Notes: generated by a model not told the origin, from the sequence alone. DNA of 64,000 nt from Histomonas meleagridis 2922-C6/04-290x (GCA_020184695.1 JAANOX010000030.1:124001-188000); one strand, 5' to 3'; shown: positions 52,168 through 64,000, counted from the stretch's first letter. Translations and numbers: made by a program.

Positions 52168-53000
52168 ATGGCATTGGTTGAAGATACGACAACAATTCTT
52201 AATTCAAGTCAAATAGAGAATAGTTTTAAAATTGCGCAAGTATTACAAATTCGAAAAGAGACAGAAAAAAGTATTCAAAAGTATCAAAACATATGTTTAT
52301 CACTTGAAAAAATTCTATTTAATAATCCTAATAGTGAAGTTGAACTCCATTACATTCCATTATCATTGAGTAAATTATCCGAAATTTATAAAAAAAAAAA
52401 GAAGATTATAACAAAGCGTTTCTTTTTATGAAATGTAGTCGACAATTTCTTGAATATATTGCTAATGAACGAACTAAAGCACATAATTCTAATGCTAGAG
52501 AAGATGAAGAAGGACTTCAATATGAAGAGCACACACTTCAAGAGTTATTTTCGAACATGCATTTAGCCTTTGATGCTCCAGATGCATTACCGCCTAAAGA
52601 TCCACAAGAAATCATTGATGAACTTTTACAAGCCAAGAAACGACAAGAAGAAGAAATCACACGACAAAATTTGGAGAAATTGAAACGCATTAATGAAGAG
52701 CGCAAGAAACGACTTTCTACATCAAAATTTGAGCGCTTTCTTGACTTTGTTAACAACCATTCCATCATTGTTGTTATTGTTATCTTTATCTTTTTTGTTA
52801 TTATATTACTTATTTCATATTTTTATATCAAACGTGGCAACAGTAACATTCAAAAGATTCTTCAAAACAACAAACGCAAACACAACAGCAACAACAATAA
52901 ACATTCGAATCTCAATTACGAAAATATTAAAGAATTTCGTGAAACATTTCGTAAATTAAATGAAGAACGCCAAAAATTAAAAGAAAACACGGAACTTTAA
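52168..53000 (+). CDS. Hypothetical TPR-like, single-TM protein, split at an A11 run
   Basis: The two track ORFs join as LSKLSEIYKKKK-EDYNKAFLFMKCSRQFLEY if the run at 52390-52400 gains one A. C-terminal TM segment IIVVIVIFIFFVIILLISYFYI. Confidence 0.6.
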
Positions 53001-53029
53001 ATAAATAATAAATAAAAAATATTATTACT

Positions 53030-53485
53030 TTATTGATGTGTTGTTTTATTTAATCTATATCTCAAAAAACGAAGTTCGACAAGTCTTTGAAGCGCGCTAC
53101 TTTGTGAACCTGGTGGAATAGAACGCGGAAGTGATGACGCTAGAATTTCAAACTTTTGTGCTAATAAATCTGCTGCTTTATAAATTGTATGTGTTTGATG
53201 ATTGTATTGTTTGGCGTTAATCCAAATTTGACGCATGTCTTGAATAAACTCTTCTGGTGTATTATAAAGTTTCTTATCAAGTTTATCTTGAACGACAAAT
53301 ATAGACATCGGTGTAAGAATAATTTCATAATAATTAGGTGCACCGTCAAGTTCTGGATCAACTGGTTTAAAAAAATAAAATGAATTATCTGAATTCATGA
53401 TTTGTTGAACTATATCTTGACATGTCCGATAAAATTGTTCTCGATAAATACTTTCTCTTGTTATTGCTGGTTCTTCTGTTTCCAT
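53030..53485 (-). CDS. Single-bromodomain protein
   Basis: FFKPVDPELDGAPNYYEII..PMS...YNTPEEFIQDMRQIWINAKQYN, with the conserved YN. Confidence 0.88.
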   Translation of the reverse strand: METEEPAITRESIYREQFYRTCQDIVQQIMNSDNSFYFFKPVDPELDGAPNYYEIILTPMSIFVVQDKLDKKLYNTPEEFIQDMRQIWINAKQYNHQTHTIYKAADLLAQKFEILASSLPRSIPPGSQSSALQRLVELRFLRYRLNKTTHQ

Positions 53486-54188
53486 TTTTTGTCGTTTAAA
53501 ATTACTGTCAATTATTTAACTGATGCTGTGAAATCATTATTCTTTTCATTTTTAACTTCTAAAAATACTTGGGAATCATTAATATATTCTATATATTATT
53601 ACCTCGTTCGAAATAACTATTTTCGTTAAAGTATCAAGACACATCATATGATAAAAATAAACATTTATATAAGTAATTGATTAATCAGAATATTTGCAAA
53701 TATTTGGAGAACACCAAATAATAACTAACATTAGATATTTGTTAAGTTGTTAAAAGCATATTCTTGAGAATCTAATTGATTCATATTTTTTTAATTCTTG
53801 GCTAACTTAACTGAATATTTTTGTCAAAATTTTTCACAGGTATTGTGAATTTTTTTAGTTCACCAATCACATGAAATACAAACATCCCAATGAATGCACA
53901 ACAGTTGACATAATAAGCAGCGATATTTTTCATGAAAATGAGATAATTCAACATATTAAAGAAAGTACTAATCAAATAATAAATTTTTTTCATCCACAAG
54001 GCCCAATTTTGTTCCAATCATCATTAATTTAATTGACAAATTCCCAAAATTTTTTGATCATATTTATAATAATCAATTTTTACTCCAAATATTTCATTAC
54101 GAATCAGTAACATATTATGCAAAACCTGACCTAAAACTCGAGAATTTTATCCATCTCATTCTATATTATTACATTAAATACAAAATCG

Positions 54189-54659
54189 ATGAAATTGATG
54201 ATGAATCAATTTCACATATTATTGAAATTTGCTTTAAGCATTATGTTGAAATTGAAGATATCGACATACAACTTAGTATTCTTACCACATTACATCCTTT
54301 TTGTTAACAAAAATGCGATCATATTAAATATGCCAAAAATCAATATATTTCTAAGAGACATGTGCAAACGTTTGATTGGTTGCACAAGTTATATTCTGAT
54401 CGAAAAGTCATTAGATATAATCGAAGAACTTATTCCAAGCCAATTATATTTGTTTGACATTGAACAATTGTTTTCATCACTTCAGCAGCCACTTGTTAAA
54501 ACTTATGGGCAATTAGAATACAATAATACAATTAGAACGATTACCATATTACGAAACATTTTAAGTGTTAACGAAGAGTATATGGATGTTCTTTATAAGC
54601 TTGGAAATATCGCGCAAATCATTAGCCGGAAATTTGATGATTTTCAAAAAAAAAATTGA
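54189..54659 (+). pseudogene. Decayed helical-repeat (ARM/HEAT-like) coding fragment
   Basis: The 3' half reads as amphipathic helices (TIRTITILRNILSVNEEYMDVLYKLG). The 5' half and upstream DNA look frameshifted. Family assignment is weak. Confidence 0.3.
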
Positions 54660-54916
54660 CCTGCACCACCTGCAGCATGTTGATAAGCATTTTGCACAAT
54701 TGACATTAATTTATTTTCAAGTTCTTTTTGTTTAGCTTCAATAGTAGCAACATCTGCATTCTGATTAGAATCAATCCAAGCTAAAGTATCATTAATTTCC
54801 TTATTAATTGTATCTGCTTGTGAAAGTGCATTAGCAAATTCATATTGTAAAATATTTCTTTTCGATCTGTATTGTAGCTTATCATTTGAATGCCAAAATC
54901 TTCGCCTCCTAAACAC
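54644..54916 (-). pseudogene. Cytosolic Hsp70 C-terminal lid fragment
   Basis: QADTINKEINDTLAWIDSNQNADVATIEAKQKELENKLMSIVQNAYQHAAGGAG matches the Hsp70 lid helices. No ATPase domain upstream, and truncated before EEVD. Confidence 0.75.
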
Positions 54917-56268
54917 ATATCATCTACTGTTGTACAAACTTCAAATATAAATTGTATTTAACATCAAATGAAATCTTAGTTAAGGCAGTATCTATTTTGT
55001 TCATGCTTGTATTTTTTCCCCTCGTTTTTAGTGTTTTCTCTTCTTTTTATTATTCTCTCATCCAAATTTTAGTCCATTTAAATGGGCATGAAGTTTTTTA
55101 GATTCTCCTTAATTTCTTCTTTCTTTTTGTCTTCTTTCTTTTTGACAATTCGTTTCTTGGGATATTTTTCGATTGGATTTCAAATGGTCGAAATAACCGT
55201 GAAATCTACGGTTATTTTCAGGTATCAAAAATCTGTTTTTCGAAAAGTGGAAATAACATCATGGATTCTAATCTAATTATGTTATAAATCATAAATAATT
55301 GTATATACTTAAAATACAAAAAGGTTATAGAACAGACCAAATTTATCTTTCTTTAAATTTAAAATATTTGCATTCTAAAAAAGTGAAGTGAAACCATGTT
55401 GTCACAAATCATTATATCTTTGATTTAAATTGATATAGTTATTATATAATAATAAACATATAGTATAATGAAAATATATTATATATATGTTTCATGAATA
55501 TTCATATAAATATGGATATTTTTATTTTATATGAAAAAAGTGGTTGAAAGGAATTCAGATGTCATTCAAATCATAGCATTTTTTGGTAAAAATAAGTAAA
55601 AAATATTACTTGCATTCAATATCTTTAATATTAATTTTCTAATATTATGTGATGAAAATATTCTTATAATTGGATATCATAAATAACAATAACAATTAAA
55701 TCTTAATATGAGGATAATATTATCGAGATACTTCTATTTAATACTCATTAATTATCTGGTCGGACTACACCCTTAATTCAATATTGATCTTTTATTTCAT
55801 TAAAGAAACAAAAATATCGAAAGATTGTAAATAGACATTTCATTCATATTAGACTCATTTGTTCATTATAAAATAGAGAGAAATCTAATAAAAAAATAGA
55901 TTTAAATTCCCACAATTTGGAGAGTTTTTCGATTTGAATAATTAAGAACTTCCTTTAGCCAAATAACCGCAATTTCCTGTGAATTTTTCGCAATTTTAAC
56001 ATAACCCTCTATTTTTTTTAAATTTTGATACTCCTAAGCAAGTAAACGCTTATTCTAACATCAAGTATTCGCAAAATACATTAATAATCATAGGCTGAAA
56101 ACAAGTTTTTTAAATTAATATAGCATATGCTTTTTAGTCTCTTTTAATTATGGATGATAATTTTTTCCCCTTTTTAGACATAGGATAATGTAAAAAACTA
56201 TTTATCCCTTTATTTTATTAGTAAGAAGTTTACCTTTTGATATAACTTGTTTATTTACAAATAATTTC

Positions 56269-57668
56269 TTGAATTATTTTTATAATATTGATCTTTCATT
56301 AAGACAAATATATAAAGAAATGAAAGAAGATCAAAAGAATATAGCAGTCGATGCAAGAACTTCACTTTATTTCTTTTTAACAACTCTTTTACAAATTCCT
56401 TCATTACCTTTTAAAATAGTTAAAATGAAAGAAATAGCAGATGAAATTTAAAGTTCAGAGGAGAATTTAAAGATGTCAATGATTTCCATTACTATGCCTG
56501 ATATAGTTAAAAAGGAAGAAAATATGCACCATGCCTAACAAGAAATAGTGAAGGTTTCCAATGTAGATTATGCCGAAGATTGGATTTACTCTAGGAAAGT
56601 TCAAAAATAATTTATTCACAATTGCAATTTTGACATTATTAATAACACCAATTTGCACGTAAACTCTCACGTGAAGAATTTTTTGGAACTCCTTCTTGAA
56701 TCAAAATCAATGGCTTATCATTTCCCTTTATTTCTGAGCAAGCAAAAAATGTTTAAAATGTATAATTATTATACCTTTTCTATGCCATAAAATTCAAAAC
56801 ACATTACAGATGGCAATCAAAAGAGATGTTGCTTTAAATAAAATTATCGTATAAATTCATTTCATATCAAAGGAGTGCTTAAATCATATCCAGGATATTG
56901 GTGCAATATGCCCATCACATTTGAGCACGAGATGAATTTATCACATGATATCATCAATTTCATAATTAGACGCAAAAATGTTCTCTCAAAATATGTAGAA
57001 ATATCAATGGATATTAAAAAATTATAACAATCTTTAAGAATATTTAAAGCACTCAACAATATTTTTAAAGATCCCCAAACATCAATCGGAAGAGCGCATA
57101 CCATTTTAATGCATGCATTGTTAGCTCTTGAAGAACTATCAGAAACTAATCAATTTACCAAAACGTTCAGGAATGCATTAGCCAAATATATTATTGAATC
57201 CGAAGAAATCTCTGGTATTTTGGACACATTATACATACTAACTCCTGAAGGACACGAACGTTTCTAAAAAAACTTATCAACCGAAATGAACCAGAAAATA
57301 AAATTGTAGTTATCAAAGATTTTTATGTGAATAAGAAACCAGATGAAGATGAACTGGATGAAGATATTCAAAACCTGACACAAGAAAGAATTTCTTCCAT
57401 CCTTGAGTGCTTTAATCAGGATGATGAAGAAAACAATGATTTAAGTGATGAGTTCAAAGAAACAACAATAATAAGTCCTGAAGAACTTCAAGAAGAAATT
57501 ACTGTTGATTTTGCCAATGACATATTCAAAAATATTTATCTTTTTATCAAAAAATGGGCATGCAATTGTATTTTTGATAGTATTGAAAGAAGTGAATTCT
57601 TTTCTTCTTTTAGTTCCTATATAACAAGTTCGATGAAGCAACAAGTTAAAATTAATAATTATTGACAT
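56269..57668 (+). pseudogene. Fragmented hypothetical coding sequence(s)
   Basis: Protein-like pieces in shifting + frames (e.g. FKDPQTSIGRAHTILMHALLALEELSETNQF; NKKPDEDELDEDIQ) broken by stops. Confidence 0.3.
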
Positions 57669-58051
57669 TTTAATTGGTTAATTGACAGAACTAACAAAAA
57701 GCCGAAGTCCTAAGCAATTTGACTTTAAGACCTGAAAGCTGTGGTTGCTACAAAGCTGCATACCAAAGGATAATATCGTTACAAAGATTAAATTTAACTT
57801 CTTGGTGATGATTCAAACATAGTTTTACTTGACGCATTGATGAGAAGTTAAAAATTATTTAAAATAAATTTTTGTCTAAATCTGAATGTATATATGCGTG
57901 CTTCAGTTCATGAAAGAGAAATGAAAGTCTGGTGAAACCGAATTTCATGTTGAATTTTTCTAAGGGAAACGATTATTTTCTACTCAAAACTATTGGTTGA
58001 TTTTATTATTTGAAAAGGACTTCAGCATGAGAAAACAATCATCACAAATCC

Positions 58052-58245
58052 TTAATATGTGACTTTGGTTCATGCATGAATGCAAGCAATGGAGAAGCAC
58101 ATCCCTTAAAAGTTGGATCACTTTATTATCGAGCATCAGAACTTCATTTTGGCGACGGTTTTATACATTTTCAATTGATATTTGTTCTGTCGGTTGTGAG
58201 ATGATTTTTGCAGAAATTTTGAATGGAAAACCGTTATTTTCGGCA
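58052..58245 (+). pseudogene. CMGC (GSK3-like) protein kinase fragment
   Basis: LICDFGSC...YYRASELHFG, then after a frameshift YTFSIDICSVGC..IFAEILNGKPLFS (subdomains VII-IX). Confidence 0.65.
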
Positions 58246-58300
58246 AAAATTCTTTCAGTAAAAATATTTTGTCAACAAGTACAATGATATCGAGTTGATG

Positions 58301-58304
<4 letters not shown>

Positions 58305-58341
<37 letters not shown>
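58305..58341. repeat. (TA)18 microsatellite
   Basis: Uninterrupted TA dinucleotide run. Confidence 0.95.
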
Positions 58342-58343
<2 letters not shown>

Positions 58344-60642
58344 CCTCCTTGGTTACCAAAGTTAACCATGGTTGAATTTTTTCTAGGAAAATCGAATGAT
58401 TATTATAAATATTTATTAGCAGTTTATCAATTATCATTTTTTTTAATTATCAAGAACTTTTACACAAAAAGAAATTCAAAATCTATTGAAGATGGTCATG
58501 TTTCTACAAATTTAGAAAAAAGACCACTTTATATGTTATCAGAAAATCAATTTAATAAGCCTATTCATCTACATTATTTATTGATTTATCCTGTTATTTC
58601 CAACAATTACCAAATTTATTACATATTTTTAGAAGTGAATATCCATTAGAATGTGTAAGATCATTATTTAAAAACTTTGATAAATTTAAAAATAGTTTAT
58701 TATTATTAGAATCAGTATAACATTTATTTGTCTCTAAAATTGATTCCATTTTTGAATTAGCAGCTTTATTATTACCAACAGGAGATTCTAAAATATTAAC
58801 ATTGGAATTATATCATAATTTTTTTTGAATATTATAAATATTCTTCTGATCAAAAATATGTATTTGATCATGTATTAATGAATTTTGATATTTTGATTCG
58901 TTCATCAAATGATGAATTTTTAAAAATATTAAATCATTGGTCTGAAGAAATGGTTTGATGAAAAAAAAGTTTTTTTAAGAGATAGTTTTATATACAATGT
59001 GAATATAGCATTCATCATTTTATTATTAATTACAATGCTTTAATATTTTTATTGTATACTTCAACACTTTTGTAAGAACTTTGATAATTGATGATGTCTC
59101 AAAATAAAAATTCTGCAAAAATAATAAATATATTCTATAATGAACCAAAATAAATTAAATTCATGACCCATTTATTTTTTTCTGAAATAGATTTTATTGC
59201 AGATCTCGATAAATTTTACTTAAAAATTGGGATCGGAAATTAATATCATTTTTAAGATTTGCATTATTAGAAATCTCTTCTCCCCATCTTATAGAAATTC
59301 TTATCAAAAGGTCTGTAATGGATTCTTTAAATCTATGAAGATATTGTACATCACTTGCCACCCTATATATAAAATGGATTTCATCTTCTGAGTCTGACGA
59401 TTTTATGAATTCAAAGATCTCCATATCTATACTATTCAAAATTTTATCTCCGATATTTAAGAATTTTCCAGTCAGGTTGCATTGGCTATGTTGTTATTGA
59501 GTTACTTGTATCAATTTCGTTTGGTTTAGGAAGATCATTGATCAGAAACTCTTTTGACATGACCGTATGTATACATGGAAATTCGATCTTTGTGATTTAA
59601 TAAAGTCCTCTGAGAATATATAAATGGCCTGATAAAATCATTAAAATGAGAATTTGAATGTAGTTCAAGAACTTTGTCAATTTTTTTATATGGATGACTA
59701 CTTGAAAGATTTATTGTTTCTTCTTTTAATTTCAAAAAAGATGGTAGTGTATACAAAAATAATATTGAATTTTTAAATTTAAAATCTCTGATTCTTTCTC
59801 TCCTTATAGAAACAAATGGACAAGTTGAATGAAAATATAGTTTTGAGTATATTATAATTATAAAGTTGAATTTTAAAAATTGTTTTTGTTTGGTAATATA
59901 TCGCATGAATACAATTTTTTTGGAGATCATTATTTCGGTACCTTGGAATAAATACATCAAGTTCTTGCGGAATTTTTCTTAGAAAAGCAAATAAGTTCTC
60001 AAATTTAATCTGATCATCTCCATTAAAAAAAATTTCTTTTGCTTTGAATAACTCTTCTTTTGGGGTGTTTCCTGTTAAAAAGTATAAATTACTAATTTCA
60101 TCGGTTTTAACAATCACAAAGTTTTTCATAATAATTTCTAAAATGTCATTATTAAAAAAAATGCCAACTTTAAGTTGAACCCATGCTTTAGAATTTATCC
60201 GATAAAAAAGTGTCATATTCCCAAAAAACGCCCAAGAACGATCATAACCGTTGTCTTTGAATCCATAAATGGTCATTTAACATTTAATAAACAATTGAAT
60301 ATCAAACTGTTATGTTTTTTAAAAAAATAAAAAATATCTTGCTTAATTTACATTTTTTCAAATTTAAGCATACCAAAATTCTTACATATATATATATGGA
60401 ATGCAAGAATTGGGAATAGTTTTTGGTTAAAAGTTTCATGGAAAAAAGGGAAATATTTAAAATCTCTTCCTGAAAGTATAAGCAGGTAACCCAGAAATTG
60501 TTCAATTTATTATTGAGCATAAAGATGTTAGAGTATTTTATCTGGAATAATTTTAAAGAAGGAATTAAAAGGTCATGTTTATTTTCATGAATTAATGTCA
60601 AATATTTATTTTTAATGAATCTTTTTCAATATTCTCTAAATT

Positions 60643-60775
60643 GCACTTGCTGGAGCAATAGAAGGTGATCAAGTTGATGTTGTGAAATTTATTGTTCTGA
60701 TACTTTTGTTTGATAAAGCACTCATATGGGCTTCGCAAAATGGTTACACTGGAATGTTCGAATTTTTTAGGTCAA
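60643..60775 (+). pseudogene. Ankyrin-repeat remnant
   Basis: ALAGAIEGDQVDVVKFI...FDKALIWASQNGYTGMFEFF. Confidence 0.45.
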
Positions 60776-61806
60776 GTACTTCAATTTGCCCTCCACATTC
60801 GACAAATTTATGTTTAATAATATTTCCGACCATAAACGCGCTCTGGAAGGATAGCATCATTCCAACGCATCGTTGTCCCGGGGCTTTCAAGGAATCATTT
60901 GAAAGTTGAGTCCGTCCAAGATTAGCGTTTTGAATTTAGTCCTTGGAAGTGAATTGCTGAAGCTGAAGAACTCCATTAACTTTGCAGTAGCTCTTCGGGA
61001 TGAGTGTCTTTTTGGTTCTAGTTGGGATTTGAGCGTCTCGATATCACGTTGACCATTTCCGATTATTCTTTTGAACCGTTTTCCAAACCTCCTCATTTTG
61101 GTACTAGCATTTGACTATATACGGTTATTCAATGCGCTAAAGTTCAACCCAAAAAGGGTGGAACAACGATAGAAAATTTATTTTATGAAAAAATAAAGTA
61201 TTGAAATGAATTTGAATGTTGTCAAAAAATATAATCATTGAAAATTATCATGACAGCTCTAAATTTCAAGGATATTTTTCATAAAACATAGTATATAACA
61301 ACACAAGCACCTTCACAATTGTTTTTCAAGGTAGGTCATAAAACATTATAAAGGAATTAAAATCGCACTCACCGTCCTCATATCTCAATTTTGTTTCAAT
61401 ATTACAAACCAGATTATTTAAAGAGTACCCACACTGCGGCGGCAATCTTTACTGTGCGCCAGCTTCCACACCCAAGGTTTCGTTGAAAAGGGAAAATATT
61501 ATTTGAATAATTATTAATCGATTAATCGATGAAAACTCATTATTTCGTCTCAGCTTTGTTCAGTTCCTTAAAAGATTACAAAAAATAAAGGGTACCAAAA
61601 CCTCAATAATTATTCATCAATAAAAAAAAATGCACTTCATATTTTTTTATATCACAAGTCTGAGAATCTATTCAATCGTCATTCAGGCGGTTGGAACGAA
61701 ATTGAATACCTTTTATCAAAATTCAAAAAGCTTGTTTCAATCCATGTGGGCTTTATAAAGTTGTGGTCTCTGTAATAAAAGTGCAATCATTTGACAGATA
61801 TTTGTA

Positions 61807-61812
61807 TCACTT
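61807..61812 (+). promoter_or_regulatory. Initiator (Inr) TCACTT
   Basis: TCACTT ends 7 nt before ATG 61819. Confidence 0.55.
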
Positions 61813-61818
61813 TGAATT

Positions 61819-64000
61819 ATGCTCTTCTTTTTTCTTTTCCAACTTATCCGTTGTGAAGAAAATGCGAATCCATTCGTAGAACCTCTGCATTATGTTTCTC
61901 AATTTGATAATAACATTGAAACTTATTCCATGTGTCTTAATGATAAGGATTTTGGATATGAAGCTTGGAGTTTTCGTTCACCATCTCATTCCTCACGAAG
62001 TGCAGACAATAAAACCGCCACAGTACAACCAGGAACCAATGCGGACATATCACCCTTATATTTTCGCTATTTAGTACAAGTACCAGCAAACAAACTATGG
62101 ACCCATATCGAAGTTCAGTGTCCTGCACCATACGAACAATCTGAAATGGAACAAGCACAATGTTTCATTACATATAATCAAGAAACTCCAAATGGTCGTG
62201 TTCAATCCAACCGCGCGTCCTCCCCTCTTGGTCAAACCAAACGTATGCGTCTTGAACGTCTTCTTAATTCTACATCTACCATAGCTCTTCATCTTATTAA
62301 TAATCATCCTTCAAAACCCTTTATTTTCTCACCGCCAAAGATTTATTTCTTTAGTTATCCAGCCCATTCTTTTGAAATCACCAAAACAAAAGATCATAAC
62401 GTCCAAAAATTCACTGCAACAATTGATGCAATCAATCAAACAATTGAACTTAATACCATGATTCTTAACGCATCCTTTGTTCCTATTGATATCATGACCG
62501 AATATGTTTATTCTCCATTACCAATCATAGCCAATGGAACTCATATCATTGGCTTTGATATTTATGATGAACGATTTACACATCCATGGCGAAATAATGG
62601 TGAATTCTTTACAATGAAAATCAGACCTCATCAAACCTTTACTCTTTCTATTTATCTCGTTGAACATAAATCTTCGAATTATTACGCCGCATTAGATCAT
62701 TGGTATTCTCTTTTTCCAGAGATTTATTATGAACAAAAATATGGGATTGGAACATGGGTTGCATTTATGACTCAAGAACGTTATAATCATTCCGGGTTAA
62801 CCACTGATTTCATGGGCAAATATTATTGGAATAATCATGGACAAAAAGGGAATTATAAAGAATTTTATTATGTTGAACAACTTTATACCTTTTTTAATGA
62901 TATCCAATATGACCAAGATCCAGTAATTTTAGAAAATCGATTAAAAGAATGTTCCTTAAATTCATCAGTTACTGAAGAAAGTTCATATTCAGAAAAGAAA
63001 AGGAAAAAAGAATGTGAACTTGTAGTTAAATATGGTTTACGAGGACCTGATGGGAACTTTAATTGTATTGTAGATCGTACTACTACATTTGCTATATTAA
63101 GTTATCTTTCTGAAGAAATGTTTGAATATAAATTTCATGATGCATTTGAAGCAATTCAAAATGGCCTTTCTATTGGAATTGGTTTCGATTCACTTTGGGA
63201 AGATCGTTGGAACCTTTATAATACTGATTATTATACCTCTAATAATATTTATCCATTTTTATGTGTTGATGATGATAATAATAATTTTATTCCATCAATT
63301 ATGTTTACTGATGATTCTGTACGAAAAGCAGGGTTTAAAGATAATATGGCAAATTCCGGAATTATTTCTCCACAAATTGTTAAATATATGCAAACTTTTG
63401 GTTCCGAAATTGCTACAAATAAAGATAATGGAAATGTAATACTTTCAACTTGGGAATGGAAATATTGGTATATTAGAAGATATTTATGTGGTTCAAGACC
63501 AATGTCAAATGTAGAAAATGTTGATATGGAAAGAGCAAGTAAAGCTGCAGAAAGTTATTTTTCACTTTCTGCTCTTTTTGGTATAATTCCTTCTTATTAT
63601 CATGATAATAGTGGAATTCATTTTTGGAATAATGATGAATATATGGAAAAATTAAGACCTGTTTATAAGAAATGGAATTCGATTTTTTATGAGGTTTTTG
63701 AGAATGCTATTTTATATGCAAATAGAAAAGGTATGATAAAAGAAACTAAGGCTAATGTAACAATGTGGTGTAAAAATGATGATGATGATTGTTATTTGGT
63801 GGCTTTAGTTGGTGATGAAGGTGAAATTAGTTTTGAGTTGGTTGAGGGAAATGTAGAATGTATTTTTAAGGCTGATGATGTTGATGTGGAAATAGATGAT
63901 AAGAAAATTACTTTAAAGTCTAATAAGAGTTATAGAGCTGCTTTCTTTAAATTCAAAAAGGGGTTAAGTGGTGGTGAAATTGCTGCAATTGTAATTGTGG
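61819..64000 (+). CDS. Large secreted/type-I membrane protein, possibly glycoside-hydrolase-like (3' end outside the window)
   Basis: My manual translation is stop-free from ATG 61819 to the window end (about 727 codons); absent from the track because it has no stop. Signal peptide MLFFFLFQLIRC, aromatic-rich core, and the start of a KKGLSGGEIAAIVIV TM anchor. Confidence 0.75.
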   Translation, partial: MLFFFLFQLIRCEENANPFVEPLHYVSQFDNNIETYSMCLNDKDFGYEAWSFRSPSHSSRSADNKTATVQPGTNADISPLYFRYLVQVPANKLWTHIEVQCPAPYEQSEMEQAQCFITYNQETPNGRVQSNRASSPLGQTKRMRLERLLNSTSTIALHLINNHPSKPFIFSPPKIYFFSYPAHSFEITKTKDHNVQKFTATIDAINQTIELNTMILNASFVPIDIMTEYVYSPLPIIANGTHIIGFDIYDERFTHPWRNNGEFFTMKIRPHQTFTLSIYLVEHKSSNYYAALDHWYSLFPEIYYEQKYGIGTWVAFMTQERYNHSGLTTDFMGKYYWNNHGQKGNYKEFYYVEQLYTFFNDIQYDQDPVILENRLKECSLNSSVTEESSYSEKKRKKECELVVKYGLRGPDGNFNCIVDRTTTFAILSYLSEEMFEYKFHDAFEAIQNGLSIGIGFDSLWEDRWNLYNTDYYTSNNIYPFLCVDDDNNNFIPSIMFTDDSVRKAGFKDNMANSGIISPQIVKYMQTFGSEIATNKDNGNVILSTWEWKYWYIRRYLCGSRPMSNVENVDMERASKAAESYFSLSALFGIIPSYYHDNSGIHFWNNDEYMEKLRPVYKKWNSIFYEVFENAILYANRKGMIKETKANVTMWCKNDDDDCYLVALVGDEGEISFELVEGNVECIFKADDVDVEIDDKKITLKSNKSYRAAFFKFKKGLSGGEIAAIVIV

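Noticed and set aside
57690-57701. ACTAAC-AAAA-AG, matching the spacing of the trichomonad branch/3' splice signal
   Set aside because: It lies just past a stop codon in decayed DNA with no convincing donor or exon pair; probably chance.
61370-61495. GC-richer intergenic patch (cacactgcggcggcaatc...) as a possible ncRNA
   Set aside because: No tRNA cloverleaf, clear C/D or H/ACA boxes, or stable fold evident by eye.

Overview
Very AT-rich, gene-dense eukaryotic DNA with no canonical intron that I could identify, read in the standard code. The gene set points to a parabasalid protist, plausibly a Tritrichomonas-like organism (inference). That set includes a BspA-type LRR, DUF3447-type ankyrin proteins, a multi-TM PAS adenylate cyclase, an R2R3 Myb, rubrerythrin, a bacterial-type uridine kinase, an axonemal dynein heavy chain, and TCA(C/T)TT initiators just before ATGs. 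Bases 1-53.5 kb hold about 25 genes: pecanex-like, uridine kinase, rubrerythrin, RhoGEF-Kelch, PI4K-alpha, tRNA-Glu, MCM6, DNAH1-type dynein, cyclase, Myb, syntaxin-6-like, ATG101-like and bromodomain, among others. About 53.6-61.2 kb is a field of decayed gene fragments. A long secreted/TM ORF missing from the supplied track starts at 61819 and runs off the window. The standout feature is the ankyrin gene at 24996-27668 (-). Its nine repeats sit at an exact 170-nt period, each a 102-nt (34-codon) ankyrin unit plus a 68-nt AT-rich insert with no GT-AG ends and no trichomonad ACTAAC-N4-AG signal. Removing all nine inserts gives one stop-free 686-aa ORF, and a homologous insert occurs at the same position in a paralog at 51.6 kb. 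This suggests an undescribed fixed-length, non-canonical intron or excision system.
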